A stretch of 64,000 nt of DNA from Macrostomum lignano (lineage: Eukaryota). Below the pieces are notes generated by a model. That model did not search any database. It saw nothing but the letters and a program-made list of their open reading frames with translations, and was not told where the DNA came from. Of this stretch, positions 1-12,630 are shown piece after piece (the stretch's first letter is position 1; the number at the start of each line of letters is the position of its first letter). Location: positions 1 to 64,000 of the forward strand of contig NIVC01003221.1 in assembly GCA_002269645.1 (NCBI GenBank), given 5' to 3'. The translations under genes were made by a program, and so were the position numbers.

Positions 1-3000
1 GTCTGCGTCACTATCAGTATCTGCGTCAGTGTCTGCGTCACTATCAGTATCTGCGTCAGTGTCTGCGTCACTATCAGTATCTATGGCAGTGTCTGCGTCA
101 CTATCAGTATCTGCGTCAGTGTCTGCGTCACTATCAGTATCTGCGTCAGTGTCTGCGTCAGTGTCTGTGTCACTATCAGTATCTTGCGCAGTGTCTGCGT
201 CACTATCAGTATCTGCGTCAGTGTCTGCGTCAGTGTCTGCGTCACTATCAGTATCTGCGTCAGTGTCTGCGTCACTATCAGTATCTGCGTCAGTGTCTGC
301 GTCACTATCAGTATCTGCGTCAGTGTCTGCGTCACTATCAGTATCTGCGTCAGTGTCTGCGTCACTATCAGTATCTGCGTCAGTGTCTGCGTCACTATCA
401 GTATCTGCGTCAGTGTCTGCGTCACTATCAGTATCTGTGTCAGTGTCTGCGTCACTATCAGTATCTGCGTCAGTGTCTGCGTCACTATCAGTATCTATGG
501 CAGTGTCTGCGTCACTATCAGTATCTGCGTCAGTGTCTGCGTCACTATCAGTATCTGCGTCAGTGTCTGCGTCACTATCAGTATCTGGTCAGTGTCTGCG
601 TCACTATCAGTATCTGCGTCAGTGTCTGCGTCACTATCAGTATCTGCGTCAGTGTCTGCGTCACTATCAGTATCTGCGTCAGTGTCTGCGTCACTATCAG
701 TATCTGCGTGTCTGCGTCACTATCAGTATCTGCGTCAGTGTCTGCGTCACTATCAGTATCTGCGTCAGTGTCTGCGTCACTATCAGTATCTGGTCAGTGT
801 CTGCGTCACTATCAGTATCTGTGTCAGTGTCTGCGTCACTATCAGTATCTGCGTCAGTGTCTGCGTCACTATCAGTATCTATGGCAGTGTCTGCGTCACT
901 ATCAGTATCTGCAGTGTCTGCGTCACTATCAGTATCTGCAGTGTCTGCGTCACTATCAGTATCTGCGTCAGTGTCTGCGTCACTATCAGTATCTGCGTCA
1001 GTGTCTGCGTCACTATCAGTATCTGCGTCAGTGTCTGCGTCACTATCAGTATCTGTGTCAGTGTCTGCGTCACTATCAGTATCTGCGTCAGTGTCTGCGT
1101 CACTATCAGTATCTGCGTCAGTGTCTGCGTCACTATCAGTATCTGCGTCAGTGTCTGCGTCACTATCAGTATCTGCGTCAGTGTCTGCGTCACTATCAGT
1201 ATCTGTGTCAGTGTCTGCGTCACTATCAGTATCTATAGCAGTGTCTGCGTCACTATCAGTATCTATGGCAGTGTCTGCGTCACTATCAGTATCTGCGTCA
1301 GTGTCTGCGTCAGTATCAGTATCTGCGTCAGTGTCTGCGTCACTATCAGTATCTGTGTCAGTGTCTGCGTCACTATCAGTATCTGTGTCAGTGTCTGCGT
1401 CACTATCAGTATCTGTGTCAGTGTCTGCATCACTATCAGTATCTGCGTCAGTGTCTGCGTCACTATCAGTATCTATGGCAGTGTCTGCGTCACTATCAGT
1501 ATCTGTGTCAGTGTCTGCGTCACTATCAGTATCTGCGTCAGTGTCTGCCTCAGTATCTGCGTCACTATCAGTATCTGCGTCAGTGTCTGCGTCACTATCA
1601 GTATCTGCGTCAGTGTCTGCGTCACTATCAGTATCTGCGTCAGTGTCTGCGTCACTATCAGTATCTGCGTCAGTGTCTGCGTCACTATCAGTATCTATGG
1701 CAGTGTCTGCGTCACTATCAGTATCTGCGTCAGTGTCTGCGTCACTATCAGTATCTGCGTCAGTGTCTGCGTCACTATCAGTATCTGCGTCAGTGTCTGC
1801 GTCACTATCAGTATCTATGGCAGTGTCTGCGTCACTATCAGTATCTATGGCAGTGTCTGCGTCACTATCAGTATCTGCGTCAGTGTCTGCGTCACTATCA
1901 GTATCTGCGTCAGTGTCTGCGTCACTGTCAGTATCTGCGTCAGTGTCTGCGTCACTATCAGTATCTGCGTCAGTGTCTGTGTCACTATCAGTATCTGCGT
2001 CAGTGTCTGCGTCACTATCAGTATCTGTGTCAGTGTCTACGTCACTATCAGTATCTGCGTCAGTGTCTGCGTCACTATCAGTATCTGCGTCAGTGTCTGC
2101 CTCAGTATCTGCGTCACTATCAGTATCTGCGTCAGTGTCTGCGTCACTATCAGTATCTGCGTCAGTGTCTGCATCACTATCAGTATCTGCGTCAGTGTCT
2201 GCGTCACTATCAGTATCTGCGTCAGTGTCTGCGTCACTATCAGTATCTATGACAGTGTCTGCGTCACTATCAGTATCTGCGTCAGTGTCTACGTCACTAT
2301 CAGTATCTGCGTCAGTGTCTGCGTCACTATCAGTATCTGTGTCAGTGTCTGCGTCACTATCAGTATCTGCGTCAGTGTCTGCGTCACTATCAGTATATAT
2401 GGCAGTGTCTGCGTCACTATCAGTATCTGCGTCAGTATCTGCGTCACTATCAGTATCTGTGTCAGTGTCTGCGTCACTATCAGTATCTATGGCAGTGTCT
2501 GCGTCACTATCAGTATCTATGGCAGTGTCTGCGTCACTATCAGTATCTGCGTCAGTGTCTGCGTCACTATCAGTATCTGTGTCAGTGTCTGCGTCACTAT
2601 CAGTATCTGCGTCAGTGTCTGCGTCACTATCAGTATCTGCGTCAGTGTCTGCGTCACTATCAGTATCTGCGTCAGTGTCTGCGTCACTATCAGTATCTGC
2701 GTCAGTGTCTGCGTCACTTCAGTATCTGCGTCAGTGTCTGCGTCACTATCAGTATCTGCGTCAGTATCTGCGTCACTATCAGTATCTGCGTCAGTGTCTG
2801 CGTCACTATCAGTATCTGCGTCAGTGTCTGCGTCACTATCAGTATCTATGGCAGTGTCTGCGTCACTATCAGTATCTGCGTCAGTATCTGCGTCACTATC
2901 AGTATCTGCGTCAGTGTCTGCGTCACTATCAGTATCTGCGTCAGTGTCTGCGTCACTATCAGTATCTGCGTCAGTGTCTGCGTCACTATCAGTATCTATG

Positions 3001-4720
3001 GCAGTGTCTGCGTCACTATCAGTATCTGCGTCAGTGTCTGCGTCACTATCAGTATCTATGACAGTGTCTGCGTCACTATCAGTATCTGCGTCAGTGTCTA
3101 CGTCACTATCAGTATCTGCGTCAGTGTCTGCGTCACTATCAGTATCTGCGTCAGTGTCTGCGTCACTATCAGTATCTGCGTCAGTGTCTGCGTCACTGTC
3201 AGTATCTATGGCAGTGTCTGCGTCACTATCAGTATCTGCGTCAGTATCTGCGTCACTATCAGTATCTGTGTCAGTGTCTGCGTCACTATCAGTATCTATG
3301 GCAGTGTCTGCGTCACTATCAGTATCTATGGCAGTGTCTGCGTCACTATCAGTATCTGCGTCAGTGTCTGCGTCACTATCAGTATCTGTGTCAGTGTCTG
3401 CGTCACTATCAGTATCTGCGTCAGTGTCTGCGTCACTATCAGTATCTGCGTCAGTGTCTGCGTCACTATCAGTATCTGCGTCAGTGTCTGCGTCACTATC
3501 AGTATCTGCGTCAGTGTCTGCGTCACTTTCAGTATCTGCGTCAGTGTCTGCGTCACTATCAGTATCTGCGTCAGTATCTGCGTCACTATCAGTATCTGCG
3601 TCAGTGTCTGCGTCACTATCAGTATCTGCGTCAGTGTCTGCGTCACTATCAGTATCTATGGCAGTGTCTGCGTCACTATCAGTATCTGCGTCAGTATCTG
3701 CGTCACTATCAGTATCTGTGTCAGTGTCTGCGTCACTATCAGTATCTGCGTCAGTGTCTGCGTCACTATCAGTATCTGCGTCAGTGTCTGCGTCACTATC
3801 AGTATCTGCGTCAGTGTCTGCGTCACTATCAGTATCTGTGGCAGTGTCAGCGTCACTATCAGTATCTATGGCAGTGTCTGCGTCACTATCAGTATCTGCG
3901 TCAGTATCTGCGTCACTATCAGTATCTGTGTCAGTGTCTGCGTCACTATCAGTATCTATGGCAGTGTCAGCGTCACTATCAGTATCTGCGTCAGTATCTG
4001 CGTCACTATCAGTATCTATGTCAGTGTCTGCGTCACTATCAGTATCTGCGTCAGTGTCTGCGTCACTATCAGTATCTGCGTCAGTGTCTGCGTCACTATC
4101 AGTATCTGTGTCAGTGTCTGCGTCACTATCAGTATCTGCGTCAGTGTCTGCGTCACTATCAGTATCTGCGTCAGTGTCTGCGTCACTATCAGTATCTGTG
4201 TCAGTGTCTGCGTCACTATCAGTATCTGCGTCAGTGTCTGCGTCACTATCAGTATCTGCGTCAGTGTCTGCGTCACTATCAGTATCTGTGTCAGTGTCTG
4301 CGTCACTATCAGTATCTGCGTCAGTGTCTGCGTCACTATCAGTATCTGCGTCAGTGTCTGCGTCACTATCAGTATCTGTGTCAGTGTCTGCGTCACTATC
4401 AGTATCTGCGTCAGTGTCTGCGTCACTATCAGTATCTGCGTCAGTATCTGCGTCACTATCAGTATCTGTGTCAGTGTCTGCGTCACTATCAGTATCTGCG
4501 TCAGTGTCTGCGTCACTATCAGTATCTGCGTCAGTGTCTGCGTCACTTTCAGTATCTGTGTCAGTGTCTGCGTCACTATCAGTATCTGCGTCAGTGTCTG
4601 CGTCACTATCAGTATCTGCGTCAGTGTCTGCGTCACTATCAGTATCTGCGTCAGTGTCTGCGTCACTATCAGTATCTATGTCAGTGTCTGCGTTACTATC
4701 AGTATCTGCGTCAGTGTCTG
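1..4720 (-). repeat. 30-bp tandem array (+: GTCTGCGTCACTATCAGTATCTGCGTCAGT), ~155 units; minus frame reads [10 protein letters not shown]
   Basis: Period directly visible. Few variants (GCCATA, ACA, GAA, GTA); isolated single-base deletions, e.g. ~2718, ~791, ~587. Confidence 0.97.
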
Positions 4721-7700
4721 TAGCCGTCATAGAAATTATATCAGTGCCTGTCTTCAAGAGGATAAATGTCGAAAATTGCTAACTAGACCTGGATAATTTT
4801 TACTTACCACCTCCTACTAAGGCCTTGGTGACATCTCCTACTACATTCAATGTCTCTCTCAAAAACCTGCGCTTTCTCCTTCGAGCCCCTTCGCTGCTGT
4901 TGCTGCTGCCTGTCAGCTGCCTCGGCAAATGACAGCTAAAATCGCCACATTTAGCCTGGCATTCCCCAATAGCTGTCTTAAAAGTCAAATAGTTGCTCGA
5001 TGCATCGAACGGCGCCATGGTTCCGTTCGGGTACTGACAGATGAGCGCGGTGGCATTGGCACTCTCGTCGCATTTTACGGCAAATATTCCCAGAGAGTGC
5101 GTCGAATTCAATCGCATCTGCAGGCAGTGCTGTTGAAAATCTTCATTGGGATTTTTCACCTCCACTTGCACCGGATTGCTAGTTGAAGTGTTGGAGTTCA
5201 GTAAGAAAATGCGGCTCGCTCTTGGATGCTTCTTGATCCCGGTATGGTAGGTGAAGGTACTAAAATTGGTTAAGATGGCTATTGATTTAACGTACGGATT
5301 CCGGGATCATTAACACATTTACGAATAGTTACCTAATTAATGTAAAATTTATCATTAACTTTATGTCACAATGGATATTTATACTGGTTAATGCATATTA
5401 ATACTAAATTTAATCATTTTTTTCTTTAAACATCAAGTCTAGAAATATTTTAAACCAGTTGGCTGTTTTGAAACTCTTATTTTGAGTTTTGAAAAAGATC
5501 GGCTGCTAGCTCGTAATCTTCAAGTGCACAGTGCTTATTATCTGCGATGTCGTATAAATTAAAACGATATTCACTGACCCAATAAGGACAATTCACTCAC
5601 CCAGTCACACCGTCCACAGGAATGTAAATTGACCCGCTCTTCAGCTCGTTGAGCTCCATCAGGCCTACCAGAGCTCCCGGGCATCTTTCCAAAGCAGCTG
5701 ATCTTTGCGCTTGAGTCTGCCCGAAGTTCCAAAATGAATAACAGTTGGAGCCATCGCAAAGTGAGCTGTTGACTGACATGGCTGCAATTTGAACAATGAA
5801 GAATGGTTTTGTCCAGCCGCTAAGGTGACAGATTCCCCTCCTGCTGAGTTCCCTTAAAACGCCTAGATTTAAAGGTGCGTCCCATGAAAACAATCCAAGA
5901 ATCTACTTACGAACAGTTCGATAGCAGACCCAGTCGCTTAAAGTACAGTTTGCCTCCATTATCAGATCGCCATTAGCAACGTCAATTCTGATGCAGGCGG
6001 GGAACCGGGTAACGCGGAACCGCTCAGGAGGTGAACCTAGGCTCATGGGCTCAACAAAGTCCGTCAGGGTATCGTTAGAGAACGGCATGACGTACTCGAG
6101 CGAGCACTCTCGCGCTTGAATGTAGTACTCGGTGCTCAGGTTAAGCGTCAGGACAAATGATCTGCAAAGCAATCGGCATCATGCAATGTCTTGAAACCTT
6201 TGCTTGATAACTTTCCTTGTCTTCCTGAGTGGTTTATAAGTATTTCGAGGTTATCTTGAAGTCTATATTCCATTCAATCGAATGGTGAATTCTATGCCCG
6301 GGGTTGTAGTCCAGTGGTTGAGCATCGGACTCACGACTGAAAGGTCGGGGGTTCGATTCTCGACCCACTCGGAACAATTGCGTCCTTGAGCAAGACACTC
6401 GACTCTGCATTCCTTCAGTTCACCCAACTGCAAAATGGGTGCCAGCATTAGCTGGGGTAATTGAGGCTGTGTGGCGACCCCCCAGTCCTTGGACTGAACA
6501 GCCGTACGCAGCCTTCAGATGCGCCGCGCAATAGCTGCGGCTGAGCTGTCGGTTGCACATCTGCCTATTAGGGCAGGTGTAAGCAATTATTATTCTTACT
6601 GAAATATATACTCAAGGGTTTCATACGACATTAAAATTCTTCGAATCTTTCTCATGGAAACTTCCGGTTCAAGGTTTACAAATTTTCAATATTCCCACAT
6701 GGCTTCACGACAGATTTCTAGAGATTGCCATTAGTAGGAGTAATATAAAGTCGAGAAAACCAAACCTAATTAGTGCTTCTTCGCTTGAGTCCTTGGCAAG
6801 CGCCAGCTTTCCACTGGATGAGCAGCTCCCGGAGTTGGCGGCCGTCCAATTGAACGAATTTTTAGTGACGTAATAGCACATTCCTAGCAGTTGGTAGCAC
6901 ACATCTGCGAATTGGGAGTTCGTGCAGTTGGATTATTTATGCAATATAACCTGACTCTTTAAAGAGTTTTCTTCTTTAGTTTATTTACTCGTAGTTCGCA
7001 CTGGGACTGTCTAAAGTAGTCAAGGCCCATTCCACGTGCGTCAGGGATCGACAAACTCCTGCCCGGGAAGCCTCTCTATCCGGTCATCGGGTCCTTTGAA
7101 ACTTTACAAATACAGCGATCCCGTCCGCTTAACTTTTGTCTCTTCTCAGTCTCCCCTCTCTCTTCTCGCTCTCCCGTCTCACTTCTCTCATCTCCCGTCT
7201 CTCTCATCACTCTCCCCTCTCTCTTCTCACTCTCCCGTCTCACTTCTCTCATATCCCGTCTCTCTTCTCACTCTCCCGTCTCACTTCTCTCATCTCCCGT
7301 CTCTCTTCTCACTCTCTCCTCTCTCTTCTCACTCTCCCGTCTCACTTCTCTCATCTCCCGTCTCTCTTCTCACTCTCCCGTCTCACTTCTCTCATCTCCC
7401 GTCTCTCTTCTCACTCTCCCCTCTCCCTTCTCACTTTCCCGTCTCACTTCTCTCATATCCCGTCTCTCTTCTCACTCTCCCTCTCTCTTCTCTCATCTCC
7501 TCTCTCTCTTCTCTCATCTCCTCTCTCTCTTCTCACTCCCCCCTCTCCTTTTTTCTTATCCCTTCCCTTATCTCATTTCTCGCATCTTCTCGCTTCTCTC
7601 ATTTCTCATTTTCTATTCCCTATCCTATAATCTACTCTCTTCTAACCCTTGATGATTCTCTACCTGGCCCTTGAGGTAAAAAAATTTGCCAATCCCTTGG

Positions 7701-10700
7701 TGTACGTCATTTGCAGACTGAGTACTCACTCTGCGCCTTAGAGTTTCCCATCACTGGCGTAAATAGCACAACAAAACCTCAGGCCCCAAACTAAGGAATC
7801 GAACTACTCGTAAGGATTTAGTTGGATTATTGGTTAGATCTTACTTTTACCTCAGTCGCATTCGCCATTATCTTCTGATCACTAGGGAGATCAGCAGACC
7901 AACGGCAAACATCACAAACATCTACATGTAGCGTCACGACTCATTTGTTCACAGAAATCAGCCCGTGCGGTTTTGGTGCGATTCTTAACCATGAGAGCAA
8001 GCCCCAGAGAGTTTACATGACTGACGATTAGAAAGTCAGGGCCACTCGATGTACACCCCACGTGAGCGTGTGTTTGAGTGACGATGTCGCCAAAGGCGTT
8101 GCACCAGTGAACCCTCAAACCTGATCAGTTCAGTGCTAAAGTATGCATGATGAAGCGGACACTCACACGCAGCCACATCGGGACTGGAGTCCAGAAAAGA
8201 AGACGAGCCCAGAAAAACTTCGCACATCAACGGACGCAGAGAGGCCGGATTAATGAGGGTTACAACAACAGCCTTTCCACCGCCTCCAGTGGCATTGGCC
8301 ATCACTGTGGCAACTTTTAGTCTGTCCTGTTCAGCCGAAGGTTGGCCCGACAAAGGCGGAGTTGGCATTGTTGGCAAGTTGGTCAGCGCAGACGAAATGC
8401 TGGCGTTGCGGCTGCCAGCCCAGCAGGCAGTCTGGCTGGCGGTTGAGCGTCCTGGAGACTCGGCGATGACTACAGGCGCTCTGCGATGGGTTAAGGAGTT
8501 TCTTCATACAAAGTAAAATATTTATGGAGTAAATTTTCGTCCAGGTAGCTGTTAGCAACCTTCCCTGGTCCTAAGATACAGATGCGGGTACATATACAGG
8601 TACAGATACAGGCACATATGCAGGTACATATATACAGGTACAGGTACAGATAAAGGTACAGATACAGGTATAGGTACAGATACAGGTATAGGTACAGATA
8701 CAGGTACAGGTACAGGTACAGATACAGATACAGGTGCAAATACAGGTACAGATACAGATACAGATACAGATGCAAATACAGGTGGAAATGCAAGTACAGA
8801 TACAAATACAGGTACAAATACAAGTACAGATACAGGTAAAGATACAGATACAGATACAGGTACAAATACAAGTACAGATACAGGTAAAGATACAGATACA
8901 GATACAGGTGCAAATGCAAGTACAGATACAGATACAGGTACAAATACAAGTACAGATACAGGTAAAGATACAGATACAGATACAGGTGCAAATACAGGTA
9001 CAGATACAGGTAAAGATACAGATACAGATACAGGTGCAAATGCAAGTACAGATACAGATACAGGTAAAGATACAGATACAGATACAGGTGCAAATACAGG
9101 TACAGATACAGATACAGGTGCAAATACAGGTACAGATACAGATACAGATGCAAATACAGGTACAGATACAGATACAGATGCAAATACAGGTACAGATACA
9201 GATACAGGTGCAAATACAGGTACAGATACAGATACAGATGTAAATACAGGTACAGATACAGATAGAGATGCAAATACAGGTACAGATACAGATACAGGTG
9301 CAAATACAGGTACAGATACAGATACAGATGCAAATACAGGTACAGATACAGATAGAGATGCAAATACAGGTACAGATACAGATACAGGTGCAAATACAGG
9401 TACAGATACAGATACAGGTGCAAATACAGGTACAGATACAGATAGAGATGCAAATACAGATACAGATACATACACATGTGCAAATACAAGTACAGATACA
9501 GATAGAGGTGCAAATGCAGGTACAGATACAGATAGAGATGCAAATACAGGTACAGATACAGATAGAGATGCAAATACAGATACAGATACATACACATGTG
9601 CAAATACAAGTACAGATACAGATACAGGTGCAAATACAGGTACAGATACAGATACAGGTGCAAATACAGGTACAGGTACAGATACATACACATGTGCAAA
9701 TACAGGTACAGATACATACACATGTGCAAATACAGGTACAGATACATACACATGTGCAAATACAGGTACAGATACAGATACAGGTGCAAATACAGGTACA
9801 GATACAGATACAGATGCAAATACAGATACAGATACATACACATGTGCAAATACAAGTACAGATACAGATAGAGGTGCAAATGCAGGTACAGATACAGATA
9901 GAGATGCAAATACAGGTACAGATACAGATAGAGATGCAAATACAGATACAGATACATACACATGTGCAAATACAAGTACAGATACAGATACAGGTGCAAA
10001 TACAAGTACAGATACAGATAGAGATGCAAATACAGGTACAGATACAGATAGAGATGCAAATACAGATACAGATACATACATATGTGCAAATACAAGTACA
10101 GATACAGATACAGGTGCAAATACAGGTACAGATACAGATACAGGTGCAAATACAGGTACAGGTACAGGTACAGATACATACACATGTGCAAATACAGGTA
10201 CAGATACATACACATGTGCAAATACAGGTACAGATACATACACATGTGCAAATACAGGTACAGATACAGATACAGGTGCAAATGCAGGTACAGATACAGA
10301 TACAGGTGCAAATACAGGTACAGATACAGATAGAGATGCAAATACAAGTACAGATACAGATAGAGGTGCAAATACAGGTACAGATACATACACATGTGCA
10401 AATACAGGTACAGATACATACACATGTGCAAATGCAGGTACAGATACAGATACAGGTGCAAATACAGGTACAGATACAGGTGCAAATACAGATACAGATA
10501 CAGATACAGATGCAAATACAGGTACAGATACAGATACAGATGCAAATACAAGTACAGATACAGATACAGGTGCAAATACAAGTACAGATACAGATACAGG
10601 TGCAAATACAGGTACAGATACAGATACAGATGCAAATACAAGTACAGATACAGATACAGGTGCAAATACAAGTACAGATACAGATACAGGTGCAAATACA

Positions 10701-11285
10701 GGTACAGATACAGATACAGATGCAAATACAAGTACAGATACAGGTGCAAATGCAGATACAGATACAGATACAGATGCAAATACAAGTACAGATACAGATA
10801 CAGATGCAAATACAAGTACAGATACAGATACCGGTGCAAATGCAGGTAGTTACGCTCGTATCAACTTTCCCAGTCGCCAGTGTATTACAAGAATCGCATT
10901 TTGCAAGTTATTGTATTCGAATACACAAAATTGAGCTTTATAACAGTAGCAAATATGTAATGCAAAATCCAGCTCATCCCTTCAGTCTTTTGGAATTATC
11001 AACCTTAGAAATCGGCATCTATGAGCCGCTCTCTTACGAGCTATTAAGCGCCGCCCTCAAAGCCGGAGAAGTTTGCAAATATTGCAGAATATTTTTCGTT
11101 ATGGGTTGAAACCCGCCGGGACCGCACGGGTCGCTAAACGAGTTGGTTGTTGAACTCCTCTGCACAGTGACGTAACAGTTCGTGTCGCCGGTGGGACAGT
11201 GAAACCCCATCGGGTCGCCAGCTGCCGCTCCTACTAGAGACACCAGCAACAGTTGCAGTGCCAGCGAAACAGCTCCGCTAGCCAT
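1..11285 (-). CDS. Secreted multi-exon protein: signal peptide, C-type-lectin-like domains, furin site, probable giant Asp/Thr/Ser/Ala repeat tail (runs off the window start)
   Basis: ATG at 11285 gives [23 protein letters not shown], a signal-peptide pattern. Phase-compatible GT-AG exons: 11038-11285, ~8165-8480, one from ~8118, 6766-6904 ([34 protein letters not shown]), 5911-6161 (ACIRI...ANC...WVCY), 5601-5862 (CDGSNCYSF...C), 4808-5259 (HCLQM...VKC...LICQ; RRRKRR), and one from 4747 downward. The 7730-8120 junction is unresolved and could separate two genes. Confidence 0.6.
6296..6595 (+). mobile_element. tRNA-derived SINE with CORE/MIR-like central domain
   Basis: Head GGGGTTGTAGTCCAGTGGTTGAGCATCGGACTCACGACTGAAAGGTCGGGGGTTCGATTC has Pol III A- and B-box motifs. 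It is followed by GTCCTTGAGCAAGACACTC...CTGCAAAATGGG (like the MIR core GACCTTGGGCAAGTCACT...CTGTAAAATGGG) and an (ATT)n tail. A second partial copy lies at ~16399-16526. Confidence 0.8.
7042..7699. mobile_element. hAT-like MITE with internal CT-rich repeat
   Basis: Left end CAGGGATCGACAAACT and right end AATTTGCCAATCCCTTG form an imperfect TIR. The 8-bp flanks ACGTGCGT/GTGTACGT match 5/8. The first ~100 bp are homologous to 15971-16085. Confidence 0.6.
8590..10848. repeat. Hexamer-based minisatellite (GATACA/GGTACA/GGTGCAAATACA) in intron 1 of the lectin gene
   Basis: Tandem structure visible; lies between donor 11037 and acceptor 8481. Confidence 0.95.
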
Positions 11286-11404
11286 GGATGTTGGTTCAGT
11301 TTTTATAACTCGATTTGGTCAGAAAATTGTACCTGAAAAAATTGGAAAGCAATTTGAAACTTTTTGGCACATTTGACACAAGCTCCGTAAATCGTTTTGA
11401 CGTT

Positions 11405-12630
11405 TGTAGCACATTGTTCTATCACTGTAACACATACTTCCACCACTGTAGCACATTGTTCTATCACTGTAACACATACTTCCACCACTGTAGTACATTG
11501 TTCTATCACTGTAACACATACTTCCACCACTGTAGCACATTGTTCTATCACTGTAACACATACTTCCACCACTGTAGTACATTGTTCTATCACTGTAACA
11601 CATACTTCCACCACTGTAGTACATTGTTCTATCACTGTAACACATACTTCTAGCACAACAACACATACTTCCACCACTGCAATACATATTTCCACCACTG
11701 CAACACATACTTCCACCACTGCAACACATACTTCCACCACTGCAACACATACTTCCACCACTGCAACACATACTTCCAGCACAGCAACACATACTTCCAC
11801 CACTGTAACACGTAGTTCTACACTGTAACACATACTTCCACCACTGCAACACATACTTCCACCACTGCAACACATACTTCCACCACTGCAACACATACTT
11901 CCACCACTGCAACACATACTTCCACCACTGCAACACATACTTCCAGCACAGCAACACATACTTCCACCACTGTAACACGTAGTTCTACACTGTAACACAT
12001 ACTTCCACTACTGCAATACATATTTCCACCACTGCAACACATACTTTCAACACTGCAACACATACTTCCAGCACAGCAACACATACTTCCACCACTGTAA
12101 CACAAACTTCCACCACTGCAATACATATTTCCACCACTGCAACACATACTTCCACCACTGCAACACATACTTCCACTACTGCAACACATACTTCCAGCAC
12201 TGCAACACATACTTCCACCACTGTAACACAAACTTCCACCACTGCAATACATATTTCCACCACTGCAACACATACTTCCACCACTGCAACACATACTTCC
12301 ACCACTGCAACACATACTTCCAGCACAGCAACACATACTTCCACTACTGCAACACATGCTTCCACCACTGCAACACATACTTCCACCACTGCAACACATA
12401 CTTCCACCACTGCAACACATACTTCCAGCACAACAACACATGCTTCCACCACTGCAGCACATACTTCCAGCACAACAACACATGCTTCCACCACTGCAGC
12501 ACATACTTCCAGCACAACAACACATACTTCCACCACTGCAACACATACTTCCACCACTGCAACACATACTTCCACTACTGCAACACATACTTCCACCACT
12601 GCAACACACACTTCCAGCACTGCAATACAT
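11405..12630. repeat. 21-bp minisatellite (CACCACTGCAACACATACTTC), with 42-bp dimers at its left end
   Basis: Period visible; located between the divergent lectin and kinase genes. Confidence 0.95.

Noticed and set aside
29-4782. + strand ORFs of 1010 and 1532 aa ([10 protein letters not shown] / CVTISI) resembling bacterial serine-rich repeat adhesins
   Set aside because: Products of the 30-bp array with no supporting start or splice context; the spliced gene is on the minus strand.
6300-6370. Functional tRNA gene (CAC anticodon)
   Set aside because: Acceptor and anticodon stems pair poorly and the sequence continues into a SINE body.
6263-6448. Cys-containing minus ORF as an exon of the lectin gene
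   Set aside because: It is the antisense reading of the SINE; exons 6766-6904 and 5911-6161 join in phase without it.
8491-11109. Long HLYLYL, QIQVQI and CKYRYR ORFs
   Set aside because: Hexamer-repeat artefacts inside an intron.
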